32,000 nucleotides of DNA from Ectothiorhodospiraceae bacterium WFHF3C12. Its GTDB lineage: Bacteria > Pseudomonadota > Gammaproteobacteria > Nitrococcales > Nitrococcaceae. This document shows positions 1-8,369 of the stretch, piece by piece. Numbering within the stretch: the first letter of the stretch is position 1; the number at the start of each line of letters is the position of its first letter. Position numbers and translations under genes: made by a program. The DNA lies in the NCBI GenBank assembly GCA_013519935.1, contig JACDUA010000050.1:2474-34473 (forward strand). Direction: 5' to 3'. The notes beneath the pieces were generated by a model that saw only the letters and a list, made by a program, of their open reading frames with translations, did no database searches and was not told the DNA's origin.

Positions 1-732
1 GGCTTCGCGCAAGTTGACTTGGATGGGCACCAGAATCGTTCCCTTTTCACCCAGTGCTTGAAGGTGTCGTACCGCCAATGCCTGTGCTCTGCCGCGGACG
101 ATCACGCTACACGTAACAAACTAGCGTTTGAAATCAGGGCCACGAACCGGCGCAGTCGCCACGGCGTCAAAACCGCCGATGCCGGTCACCGAAGCAGCCA
201 CGCTGCCCGATTTCCGTATTGTAGGCTGCTGCGCCGTGCGGGTACCACTCTAGACCCGGTTTGGCGATGGTGCGGAGCTTTGAGTGGTTGGGTGTACACT
301 GAGACTTCAGCACGTCCCTAATGTGGGTGGTCGTGATGGCACGGAGAAGCAGGCTCCGGGAGGCGCCCCCGGACGAGAATGGCGTCAGAGGATTCGGAAG
401 GAAGGTCAGGCAGCGCACCGTCGAAGAGAGCATCGAGATTGCCCGGCGTGCCATGCGAGAGTCAGAGAAGACCACGCGTGAGATTCGAGAGCGTCACAGG
501 GTGCAGGGCGGGCGCGACGAAGAGGAATACTGACGCAGGAGTCTCCACACTCGCCTCCTCTCTGCCGTCTGAATTCGCAATCCTCTCCGGAATTGCCGGC
601 GGCTGTCGGCTTACCACACCTGCGGTGCTTGAAGGGATTCGGTCACGACGGACCGATCGGGTCGGCCTGGGATGCTTACGGTATTCTGTCTACCTCCGAT
701 CCCGAAGATAGTGCCTGAGCCTTGAGGGAACT

Positions 733-1143
733 ATGCCGAATCCCCGCGTCTGTCCGCACACCAAGCTGCCGCTCGAGGGACTCGACGCCATCAAGGCTAT
801 CCGGGACGGCGTGCAGGCGGAGATTGCATATGAACTGACTTGCCAAGACCTCATCCCTCCAGAGCAGATCTACACGCTCGTATGCTCGAAGCGAACCCTG
901 GCGCGCCGCGTCTCGAGGGGTGAGCGGCTATCTTCCTTCGAGAGCGAGCGCCTGCTCCGATTGCTTCGGGTTCTTCGCTACGCTGCCGACTCGTTTGGTG
1001 ACGACGCCAAGGCGTGGAGCTATCTTGGTCGGCCAATGAGGCGATTCGACGGCTATAGCTGCGTCCAGATGCTGGATACGGACCTTGGAACCGCGCTTGT
1101 CGAGGAGCTTCTGGCTCGGATTGATCACGGCATACCTGGCTGA
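733..1143 (+). CDS. Xre/MbcA/ParS-type antitoxin (DUF2384 toxin-binding domain), normally the partner of a RES toxin
   Basis: 136-aa ORF. The C-terminal stretch AADSFGDDAKAWSYLGRPMRRFDGYSCVQMLDTDLGTALVEELLARIDHGI fits the hallmark pattern of RES-partner antitoxins (FG...A..WL..P...L.G..P..LL.T..G...V...L.RI.HG). Confidence 0.8.
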   Translation: MPNPRVCPHTKLPLEGLDAIKAIRDGVQAEIAYELTCQDLIPPEQIYTLVCSKRTLARRVSRGERLSSFESERLLRLLRVLRYAADSFGDDAKAWSYLGRPMRRFDGYSCVQMLDTDLGTALVEELLARIDHGIPG

Positions 1144-1473
1144 GCGCGCCTCGTTGAGGCCGCGCCTCGGGCTCGCGGTTCCGCGGTCCGGCACTCCACC
1201 TGTCTCGCCAACACCTGCCGAGGTGTTCTGAGGCCGGAAGGGAGTACGAGCCGAGCCGAAAAGCGCTGAGATATGTGGGTGGCCGCGTCCTTGTGTAACA
1301 ACCTGAGGAAGGAGCCGGTCAAGAAGACGTCTCTGCAAGATCCGGGAACTCGCGTGGGCAGATGTCTTCGACTGCATCGAGGCCTTCCACATTCGAGTAC
1401 TCTGCCACAGCTATCTAGGCCACGAGTCCCGAGGTGTTCGAGCAAACCTCACAATGAGGTGATGGGGTGCTCA
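1144..1473 (+). pseudogene. IS3-family transposase OrfB (DDE) 3' remnant, frameshifted, with terminal ...GGGGTGCTCA end
   Basis: Pieces in three frames read like an IS3 OrfB C-terminus: ..VRHST..RGVLRPEGSTSRAEKR*DMWVAASLCNNLRKEPVKK..TR, then IRELAWADVFDCIEAFHIRVLCHSYLGHESRGV. Compare HSD.G..SMSRkGNc.DNA.AESFF..LK.E...TR.EA...VF.YIE.FYN..R.HS.LG..SP. It ends in ...CTCA at 1473, like an IS3 right terminus. Confidence 0.55.
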
Positions 1474-1968
1474 CGATACCGGGGTTAGCCCATCCAATAC
1501 GGCATCGAGCAACTTCTCATGTCCTGCGACGAGTCTGCGAATGCTTCGCATGGTCTGCGGGTCCAAGCCCCCCTTTCTATTACGCTTCGGCGGCACTGGG
1601 CCCCGGGAACCATTCTCGAAACGGAGTGCGTCGACGACATGGTCGGGGACGACCAGGCGGCTTCGGAATAGCTGCAGGTGGGACCGGTCAGCGATCGCGT
1701 AGTCGTGTCGCGGGTACAGTCGACGGACCGGAATGCCAAGCCTAAGGCTTGCCTCAGCAGCATCCACAATGGCGTCTATCAGGATGAACCCCCCGATATA
1801 CAAGAGGCCCTTGTTCACGTTGGCAACGTAGAGTCGATCACCGGGTTCGATGCCGCGTTGGCGAAACTTGTCGCTGGCGGCGTATCGAAGGTACTTCTCA
1901 TCAAAAGAGCTGCCGGTAGCCCTCTCACGCCAGGTGCCAGCGTTCCAAGTGTAGACGTAACTCCGCAT
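1471..1968 (-). CDS. hypothetical 165-aa protein (weak PUA/EVE-like look only)
   Basis: Longest ORF here. GGAGAA lies 6 nt upstream of the ATG, 19 nt downstream of the UDG-like gene stop on the same strand. No motif recognised with confidence. The stop codon coincides with the IS3 terminus at 1471-1473. Confidence 0.65.
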   Translation of the reverse strand: MRSYVYTWNAGTWRERATGSSFDEKYLRYAASDKFRQRGIEPGDRLYVANVNKGLLYIGGFILIDAIVDAAEASLRLGIPVRRLYPRHDYAIADRSHLQLFRSRLVVPDHVVDALRFENGSRGPVPPKRNRKGGLDPQTMRSIRRLVAGHEKLLDAVLDGLTPVS

Positions 1969-1987
1969 ATTCTGTTCTCCGGGAGAG

Positions 1988-2797
1988 TCAGTTGCCGGTC
2001 ACCGACGTGGACTTCGACGCGCCGCGCAGACCCGCCATGAAAGCACGCGCGTGCTCGCGTCCCGTGTCCAACTTGGCCGCATTGGTCTTCGCGGAGAGAG
2101 CATCCCTTGATTTGGTGCCGATCAGGTATGCAATGCGTTCTGCGTTTGCCCCGGACGGGTGGACCAAGCCCGGAAAGATCTGGGTCTGGCGAATGACGCC
2201 GCGTTGCCCGAGGTGTTCCAGCGCCCGGGTGACCGTCTCCCCCAGTGGTACGAATACCGCCTCGGGAAGTTGCTGCAGTTGCCTCGGCAGATAGGTCTCC
2301 AGCTGCCTTCGGAGGAACGGATTGCGCAGGATGTCCGGTGATCGGCCGGCGTAATTCTTGCCGTTGACGAAGACCGGATACTGCAACGCCGACGCGAAAT
2401 GGGCGAGGTCGCGTCGGTGGGTGAACAGTTCTGCGGTGGACTGTACACCGAGCCACCCGTGAAGCCCGAAATAGTCCAGCATCCGCACCAGGTTCCGGCG
2501 GAGCGGCCCGCCGAAGCTGGCGGTGTTTTTCGCGGCCTTGGTGGCTTCCGAGATCGACTTGCCGGAACGGCGAGCGCTTCGAAAGGCGTCCACGGCCGTT
2601 AGTGCCTGGCTCTGACCCGGTGTGATCCCCACGATCACTACCCGTGCATTCGGATTGACGTAGTCGAAAGGCGCGAAGTACGCGGCACACGGTCCGTCAC
2701 GCTCGATCAGCAATGCCTCCGGCATCGGCGCGGCCGATCGGATCTCGTGATCGGAGAGGGCTTCCATCGTCGCTGCATAATCGTTTGTCGTTACCAT
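1988..2797 (-). CDS. uracil-DNA glycosylase superfamily protein (MUG/family-4-like motifs)
   Basis: 269 aa. Motif A-like VVIVGITPGQSQ (nt 2615-2629 = GITPG) and motif B-like VHPSGAN (nt 2144-2161), with spacing typical of the UDG fold. AAGGAAG SD lies before the ATG. Confidence 0.75.
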   Translation of the reverse strand: MVTTNDYAATMEALSDHEIRSAAPMPEALLIERDGPCAAYFAPFDYVNPNARVVIVGITPGQSQALTAVDAFRSARRSGKSISEATKAAKNTASFGGPLRRNLVRMLDYFGLHGWLGVQSTAELFTHRRDLAHFASALQYPVFVNGKNYAGRSPDILRNPFLRRQLETYLPRQLQQLPEAVFVPLGETVTRALEHLGQRGVIRQTQIFPGLVHPSGANAERIAYLIGTKSRDALSAKTNAAKLDTGREHARAFMAGLRGASKSTSVTGN

Positions 2798-2828
2798 TTT
2801 TCTTCCTTTTTATCGCTGCTTGAGGCCG

Positions 2829-3110
2829 TTACTGGCGGCGCATCTTCTTCTGATAGAGGTGGCCGACGGTGATCACCTGGTCCGCCGTGTCGGTGACCAC
2901 GAACGCATCGAGCTTGCCGTCGTCCTTGCGGAGGAGTCCGCCGGTGTAGCCAGCGGCCTGCCGCTTGCCCTTCTTGTCGAGGAAGAAGACGCGCTCATCC
3001 CCCTCGTGGCGCACTCGGCCGAACCGGACGATCAAGTCGACCACCAGGGGCGGGATTCCCCGTTGCTGGCTGCGTACCGACGCGTGCGTGCTGAAACGAA
3101 GTTGTTCCAT
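2829..3110 (-). CDS. DUF4258-like small toxin (BECR/RelE-like fold family)
   Basis: I start at the internal ATG at 3110, which has GAGGAGG 7 nt upstream and lies just after the upstream gene's TGA. MEQLRFSTHASVRSQQRGIPPLVVDLIV... resembles the DUF4258 N-terminal signature (..HA..R...RGI....i..vl). Confidence 0.65.
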   Translation of the reverse strand: MEQLRFSTHASVRSQQRGIPPLVVDLIVRFGRVRHEGDERVFFLDKKGKRQAAGYTGGLLRKDDGKLDAFVVTDTADQVITVGHLYQKKMRRQ

Positions 3111-3123
3111 GGTCACCGCCTCC

Positions 3124-3786
3124 TCAATTAACCACCGTTTCCACGAACCCCCGACGACCGCGAAGCCAGCGCAGTGCCTCCCTGGCGTCGACGTACACGG
3201 ACGAGCCCGACTGGAAGGTCTTGAGCCGATCCTTGGCGCTGGCCAACGTCGCATTGCGTACGGAGCGCTCAGTCATCCCGGCAAGCACTGCGACTTCCCG
3301 CAACGTCAGGTCGGTCGGCATCAGGAACTCCTCCACGATGTCGTTGCCTGCGTCGAGCTTCAGCCGCGCGTTGCCGGCTTCGAATGCTTGGCGGCACAGC
3401 ACAGGCTCGGCACAAGCGGGATTGGAACGTGCTGCCGCAGCGGCGAGTTCCGTGAACTGATGAGCTTCATCCCAGTAGCCCAACAAGTCGTCCTCGAAGT
3501 CGGAGGAGCGTCCACAGACGCCGTAGTCGTACATTCTCATGATTGCGTCGGTGCCTCTGACGGCGTAGAGGTCGCGTGGAATCTCGTTGCTTCGGCGCGG
3601 TCCTGGATCCGTGATGGCTCGATATTGGTCCGCCAGATCTTCATGGAAGACGCAGTAGCTTAGGACCTCAATCAAACCGTCGTAGATCTGCCAAACCTCG
3701 CGGATGAGATTCGACTTCGTCAGGGGGACGACTTGTGTGTCCGTTTGTGCCATATATGCCATGCTCCTGTGCATATCATGGCTCAA
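3124..3786 (-). CDS. 220-aa protein with C-terminal helix-turn-helix; putative antitoxin/regulator of the downstream DUF4258 gene
   Basis: C-terminus LTLREVAVLAGMTERSVRNATLAS...ALRWL is an excisionase/MerR-like HTH. The stop lies 13 nt before the DUF4258 start. The start is uncertain (ATG at 3786, 3774 or 3762). Confidence 0.65.
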   Translation of the reverse strand: MSHDMHRSMAYMAQTDTQVVPLTKSNLIREVWQIYDGLIEVLSYCVFHEDLADQYRAITDPGPRRSNEIPRDLYAVRGTDAIMRMYDYGVCGRSSDFEDDLLGYWDEAHQFTELAAAAARSNPACAEPVLCRQAFEAGNARLKLDAGNDIVEEFLMPTDLTLREVAVLAGMTERSVRNATLASAKDRLKTFQSGSSVYVDAREALRWLRGRRGFVETVVN

Positions 3787-4138
3787 GCTTAGGCGGGCAT
3801 GTAGTGTATGTCAACACAAATGGCATATTTTCGCGCCTAATCCCATTGCCCTGGTGCTGAGCACAGAACCAACTAGGCGCAAATAGGCTTCGAGCTATTC
3901 CCTGAATCCTCAGGGGCAGAGCACAACCGCCCGGTCGCCGCAGTAAGCTGAAGGCGCAATTGCCGTATCAGATCGGAAGTGCTTGGTTGTCGTGTCTGCA
4001 GAGCCTTTCGGGGAATGGGTATTCGGCGTTGTACCGCGCTACACGACTGCTGAGCGAAATTAGGAGGACACGCCCATTATACGAACAGCTTGGGGTCAGG
4101 TCGGGCTGCTTCCATCATTCGCCCTCGTAAATGCACTG

Positions 4139-5203
4139 GTGGAGGGCAGGTCATGGTCGGGGCGCGATTTCCGAACGATCTTCCAACCATGGCGTGCAGA
4201 TCCCAGGCTTCCTGACAGGAAGACGCTGGACCGGCTTGAGCGAGATGCCCGAGTCCGGAAGACGACACAGCAGCGATTCAGGGGGTTTCTGCCGAGCCTT
4301 GCTGATATCGACGGGGTGGAGTCTCTCGTAGCGCACTGGCAGGAGCGCGGGGTTGAGGGTGATCGCCTTGGCTGGCTTGGTGTTGTCTACTCGCTTGAGA
4401 ATAAGGGCTCCTATCCTGCTACGCGGTGGGAAATTCTGCGATTGCTCGAATTGGAGGTTGCACTGAAGCAAAGCGTTAGCGGCGACGCCCCGCACGAGTG
4501 GGAGCGTCACGTGTTCGAGATGCTGGATAAGTTCGCGCTTCTAGGGCCTGCTGGAGAGCATGTCCGTCACGGTTGGTTACCGACCTTGCCTGCCGATTCG
4601 GTGCACGAGGCGTTGCAAGGAGAATCGCAGCTTCCCCAACAAGGGCGTGCCTGGGCCGCCGAGGCATTTAGCGCTGCCTTCCTACGTCTGGCGACGCGGG
4701 TCGTGGAAGACCTCTCGGCCATGGCCTCTCAGGCATACCCGCCTGCCGAGGCGCAGTTGATTATGCCGCCCAATCTGTTGGATGAGCTCATCCCTTCGGA
4801 CCAACCTCGCGATTCAGATAGGCCGTTGAAGCGACTCATCGCGTTGTGGCAGATGCAGTTGGAAAGGATGGACGGCGACGCCTGGCCAGTAGTGAGGATC
4901 GCGCGGTCGATACCACCTGGGAGAAATAACCGTCGATCCATGGACCTCGAAGAGCAGAAACGCCGCCTCCGTGAGTGGCGAAACGGGGAGGAGTTGCCCA
5001 ACAACACGTCCGTTGTGCGATTTGCCTTGGGTTTGCTTCGTCGCGCTCAGAAGCAGCGCGACCCGAGTCGCGAGTTCCTGTGGTTGCGTTCGGCAACACT
5101 ATGTCTCGCAGTCGAGCGATTGCAACGGGAGATCAGCGGTCGTGGTCACCCCAACTCAGCCGTTGTCGAAGCCTACAGACGGCAAAGGCCACTACTGCAA
5201 TAG
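4139..5203 (+). CDS. hypothetical 354-aa helical protein
   Basis: Long ORF with normal composition, divergent from the HTH gene. GTG start at 4139, with no early in-frame ATG, so the start is uncertain. No motif recognised. Confidence 0.55.
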   Translation: MEGRSWSGRDFRTIFQPWRADPRLPDRKTLDRLERDARVRKTTQQRFRGFLPSLADIDGVESLVAHWQERGVEGDRLGWLGVVYSLENKGSYPATRWEILRLLELEVALKQSVSGDAPHEWERHVFEMLDKFALLGPAGEHVRHGWLPTLPADSVHEALQGESQLPQQGRAWAAEAFSAAFLRLATRVVEDLSAMASQAYPPAEAQLIMPPNLLDELIPSDQPRDSDRPLKRLIALWQMQLERMDGDAWPVVRIARSIPPGRNNRRSMDLEEQKRRLREWRNGEELPNNTSVVRFALGLLRRAQKQRDPSREFLWLRSATLCLAVERLQREISGRGHPNSAVVEAYRRQRPLLQ

Positions 5204-5247
5204 ACGGACCGGGGAGCGCGCGTGGCGCTCCCCGGCCACCCAAGGTG

Positions 5248-5391
5248 TCACGGACTTAGTTCGTCGGACTCCAGTCGTTCCTGCCAGTCCTCGGGTCGTT
5301 CATCGTGACCGCGACTCTCCCAGAACGCATCGTTGTTCGGGTTGAGTTGGTTGGCGTGGTTGTCCATGTCCGACTTCGACTTGTCGCTCAT
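5248..5391 (-). CDS. small hydrophilic 47-aa protein with NQLNPNN motif
   Basis: Internal ATG at 5391 preceded by CAGGAGG. MSDKSKSDMDNHANQLNPNNDAFWESRG resembles a widespread small-protein motif (N.LNPNN..Y/F). Confidence 0.5.
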   Translation of the reverse strand: MSDKSKSDMDNHANQLNPNNDAFWESRGHDERPEDWQERLESDELSP

Positions 5392-5454
5392 GATTGACGC
5401 CTCCTGTTCGTTGCGGATCGGTCTGCCAACTAACGGTGTGATCATCCGCGATCA

Positions 5455-5604
5455 CGGAAACAGCGTATGCAGGAGCGACTCCTCCCAGGGAGGAGGTGTT
5501 CTGGGAACTTTGAGGCGCAGCGTTCAGGGCACCGACACTGGGGCATCCGCTCAGCCCACCTCCAGAAACGCGATGATTTGTTCTCTGCTGTAGCGCTTCT
5601 TCAT
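5455..5604 (-). pseudogene. IS3-family (IS407-like) orfA 5' remnant
   Basis: GAGGAGG, then ATG at 5604 giving MKKRYSREQIIAFLEVG*. This matches the canonical MKK.R(F/Y)..EQII.FL.EAEAG start. Downstream frames keep traces (ADAPVS.., T...W). A possible TGAAGG... left terminus ends at 5690. Confidence 0.5.
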
Positions 5605-5869
5605 GCCCAACCTCCTCGCTTCGAGTGATTGGACTCCAGATCGCCACGCTACTCAATCTTTGGGGAATGTCGCGCAGCGGTCTACCTTCAACCGAGGAGT
5701 ATGCGTTGGGTGGTGAAAACCTCTAATGCAATGCCTAAATGTGTCCCCCGCTTTCGAGCAACTGCAGGGTCAGGGAAATGTGCCAAGAGGGGCATCGGCG
5801 CATTTGCAACACCCGGGAGTGGCGGCTACATTTCATTTATCCGTCGTGCCGGATTAGGGAAGTCCATCG

Positions 5870-7318
5870 ATGGCCGAGTTCGTACCGCTTTTCGATATCA
5901 ACGTCGGTCCTCACGGCACTTTCCGCCGCAGCGGAGACCTCCAGTCTACGCCCTCGCAGGTCGATGAGCTGTTCAACGCCGTGCGCCGCAGCGGCAAGCG
6001 CCGGGTGGTATTGCATTTCCACGGCGGGCTCATCGCCGAACAGTCCGGGCTGGCCATCGCCCGAAAGATGACGCCGTTATACGAGTGCGTAGGTGCGTAC
6101 CCGGTCAACATCATCTGGGAGACCGGGCTGTGGGAGACGGTCACGCGCAATCTCGACTCGCTCGGTCGTACGCGCCTGTTCAAGAAGCTGGTGAAGTACG
6201 GTCTGGATCAGCTCCGTAAGCGCATGGGAGTCGACATAGGTGGCCGAGGCACTAGCGGGTCCGGTCTGAGCGACACCGAGTTCGAGCGTATCTGGCAATC
6301 CGGCTCGGTCATCAGCGGTGCGAGCGCCATGGGACGCGGCGCTGGCACAACGCTCACTGAGCTGGAGGTCGAACAGGCCAAGGACCAGATCGAGCTCGAT
6401 CTGGAGTCGGAGCTGCAGGCCGATGCGGAGTTGCAGAACCTGCTGGACGAGGAGGCCCCGTTCACCGAATTGCTGGACCCAACGGTGGCCGAGGGTGCCC
6501 GGACACGGGGCGGCCGAGGTATGATCAGCACGGCGGTGATCGCAGTACGGCTGGCCAAGGTGGTGTACCAGGTTCTACGGCGCATGCTGAACGGTCGGGA
6601 CCATGGGCTATATCCGACCCTTATCGAGGAGCTGCTGCACGAGTTCTACCTTGCAGATCTGGGCGCCTGGGTCTGGGGCGGCATGAAGGATGCCGCGGCT
6701 GCCATGTTTCGACGCAACGAGCTTCCATTGGGCAGGGATAGCCATGTCGGCAGCTACTTCCTGGAGCGGCTGGCAACGCTGCTGACCTCGGAAGATGGTT
6801 GGTCCGTCGACCTGGTGGGGCACAGCGCCGGTTCCATCGCGATCTGCGAACTACTCAAGGCGGCGGCCGACCGCCATGACGGGTTTCAAGCCAGGAATAT
6901 CCTGTTCCTCGCCCCGGCGGTCACCTCTCGGCTCTTTCATGAGGAGCTGACGAGCAAGCCGGAACGCTTCGAGCGCTTTCGCATGTACACCATGACGGAT
7001 GCGCTGGAGGCGGTAGACGCGCTGTTCCCACCGCTCTACCCTCGGTCGCTTCTGTACTTCATATCCGGCGTCCTCGAGCCCGAATCGGATACGCACCTAG
7101 CAGGGCTCGCCCGCCATGCCGCCGGGGAGCCGCCCTACACGGATCCGCACCTGCTGGCCGTGCACGAGTTCCTGCACGAGCCGGGCGCGAACCGTCTAGT
7201 GCTGTCGGTCACCGATGACGGCGCTGCTCCGGGGCAACGTTCGGCGTCAACCTGCCACGGCGGGTTCGACGACGACCCGTTGACCCGTGAGAGCTTGGCT
7301 TGGATGGTGGGGAGTTGA
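5870..7318 (+). CDS. alpha/beta-hydrolase-fold protein (esterase/lipase-like) with a large charged insertion
   Basis: 482 aa. VVLHFHGGL looks like an oxyanion-hole HGG. The nucleophile elbow is VDLVGHSAGSIA, with Ser319 codon agc at 6824-6826. The C-terminal CHGGFDDDP is a His candidate. Confidence 0.8.
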   Translation: MAEFVPLFDINVGPHGTFRRSGDLQSTPSQVDELFNAVRRSGKRRVVLHFHGGLIAEQSGLAIARKMTPLYECVGAYPVNIIWETGLWETVTRNLDSLGRTRLFKKLVKYGLDQLRKRMGVDIGGRGTSGSGLSDTEFERIWQSGSVISGASAMGRGAGTTLTELEVEQAKDQIELDLESELQADAELQNLLDEEAPFTELLDPTVAEGARTRGGRGMISTAVIAVRLAKVVYQVLRRMLNGRDHGLYPTLIEELLHEFYLADLGAWVWGGMKDAAAAMFRRNELPLGRDSHVGSYFLERLATLLTSEDGWSVDLVGHSAGSIAICELLKAAADRHDGFQARNILFLAPAVTSRLFHEELTSKPERFERFRMYTMTDALEAVDALFPPLYPRSLLYFISGVLEPESDTHLAGLARHAAGEPPYTDPHLLAVHEFLHEPGANRLVLSVTDDGAAPGQRSASTCHGGFDDDPLTRESLAWMVGS

Positions 7319-8352
7319 CGGGCGTGCCCATCAACCGACACGACTATGCCTTGGTCATCGGCATCGACGACTATCCGCAGTTCCGCTCGCTGCGCGGCGC
7401 CAAAAATGATGCAGAGCGTTTCGCCGACTGGCTGACCGACACGGCCATCGGCGGCGGGCTGCCACCGGCCAACTGCCGGCTGGTGCTGTCCGCCAAGGCA
7501 CCGGTGAGACCGACCTTCGAGGAGGTCAACGATGCGCTCAAGGATCTCTACGACGCATCCAGGGCTGACCATAAACGCCGCCGATTCTACTTCTATTTCG
7601 CCGGGCACGGGCAAACTGGCACTGCCAGCGAGGTCAATCTCTGCCTCGCCGAGTGGAGCATGGGTGCCGGGCTTCGCATCGCATTGGCATACTCCGAGTG
7701 GGAGTCAACAATCGTCGACTGCACGGGCTTCGAGGAAGTGTTCTTCCTGCTCGACTGCTGCCGAACTCGCGTTCACGGCGGCGGCGGCATGCCGCCGCTC
7801 AAGGTAACCTGCGCCAAGCCGCAGACCCAGACCGGGGAAACCTTCGTCGCCTACGCCACGGAGTTCCAGAACCAGTCATTCGAGGCCGAGCGGGGCGTTC
7901 AGCCCGGCAGCGGTGACCCGATCTACGGCGGTCACTTCACCGAGGCGCTGATAATGGCGCTAACGGGCGGTGCCGCTACAGACGGCGGAGGAGTGCGCGC
8001 CCCCGACCTGAAGCGATACATGGAGCAGTGGACGCCGCGCCTGGCACAGGAGGCCACGAACCCGGAGCAGCGCGCCATCATCAAGAACGGGCTCTCATCG
8101 ATCCCAGAGGACCCGGTGCTCGGAGCAGCCGAGCCCACGGGGACACTGCAGGTGGAGATCCCCGGCACTCGTCCCGGCCCAATCCATCTGCTCGCGCCCG
8201 ACGGCAGTCTGGTCGAGAAAGGCGGCCCCGGAGTCTGGCAGGTTCCCGGGCTACGTTACGGCCAATACACCCTTCTTGACACCGCCAACGGCGAGGAGAA
8301 GGTCTGCCACTTCCAGCCGCGGGATCCTATGCGGCGCTCGCGGTTCGATTAA
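7300..8352 (+). CDS. caspase-family (peptidase C14) protease with C-terminal beta-sandwich (PEGA/CarboxypepD_reg-like) domain
   Basis: YALVIGIDDY..L.GAKNDAERFADWL, then FYFAGHG (His103, cac 7606-7608) and FLLDCCRT (Cys153/154, 7756-7761). The start is ambiguous: TTG 7300, TTG 7315 or GTG 7324. It overlaps or abuts the upstream stop at 7316-7318. Confidence 0.85.
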   Translation: MDGGELTGVPINRHDYALVIGIDDYPQFRSLRGAKNDAERFADWLTDTAIGGGLPPANCRLVLSAKAPVRPTFEEVNDALKDLYDASRADHKRRRFYFYFAGHGQTGTASEVNLCLAEWSMGAGLRIALAYSEWESTIVDCTGFEEVFFLLDCCRTRVHGGGGMPPLKVTCAKPQTQTGETFVAYATEFQNQSFEAERGVQPGSGDPIYGGHFTEALIMALTGGAATDGGGVRAPDLKRYMEQWTPRLAQEATNPEQRAIIKNGLSSIPEDPVLGAAEPTGTLQVEIPGTRPGPIHLLAPDGSLVEKGGPGVWQVPGLRYGQYTLLDTANGEEKVCHFQPRDPMRRSRFD

Positions 8353-8369
8353 CCGGGGAGGTTACGGCG

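Noticed and set aside
1-105. Possible 5' end of a leftward gene (GTG at 105; MIVRGRAQALAVRHLQALGEKGTILVPIQVNLREA...) running off the window.
   Set aside because: It is only about 35 codons long, has no SD and has no recognisable motif.
336-533. 65-aa basic/acidic helical ORF (MARRSRLREAPPDENG...EIRERHRVQGGRDEEEY).
   Set aside because: There is no clear SD or family motif, and an equally long antisense ORF exists. The coding status cannot be decided by eye.
1144-1260. Possible degraded RES toxin immediately after the DUF2384 antitoxin (..GSAVRHSTCLANTCRGVL.. loosely resembling GGRW(H/N)S...YLA.S..GALLE).
   Set aside because: The same stretch, together with what follows (STSRAEKR*DMWVAASLCNNLRKE.., IRELAWADVFDCIEAFH..), reads much more consistently as an IS3 OrfB DDE/C-terminal region. 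There is no RES-type R...E...S spacing or C-terminal PS motif.
1815-2690. 291-aa minus-strand ORF overlapping the UDG-like gene in another frame.
   Set aside because: It has extreme Arg/Gly/Pro composition, whereas the overlapping 269-aa frame carries recognisable UDG motifs and an SD.
2965-3663. 232-aa plus-strand ORF antisense to the DUF4258 and HTH genes.
   Set aside because: It has no SD or motifs, and the opposite-strand frames have clear family signatures and operon spacing.
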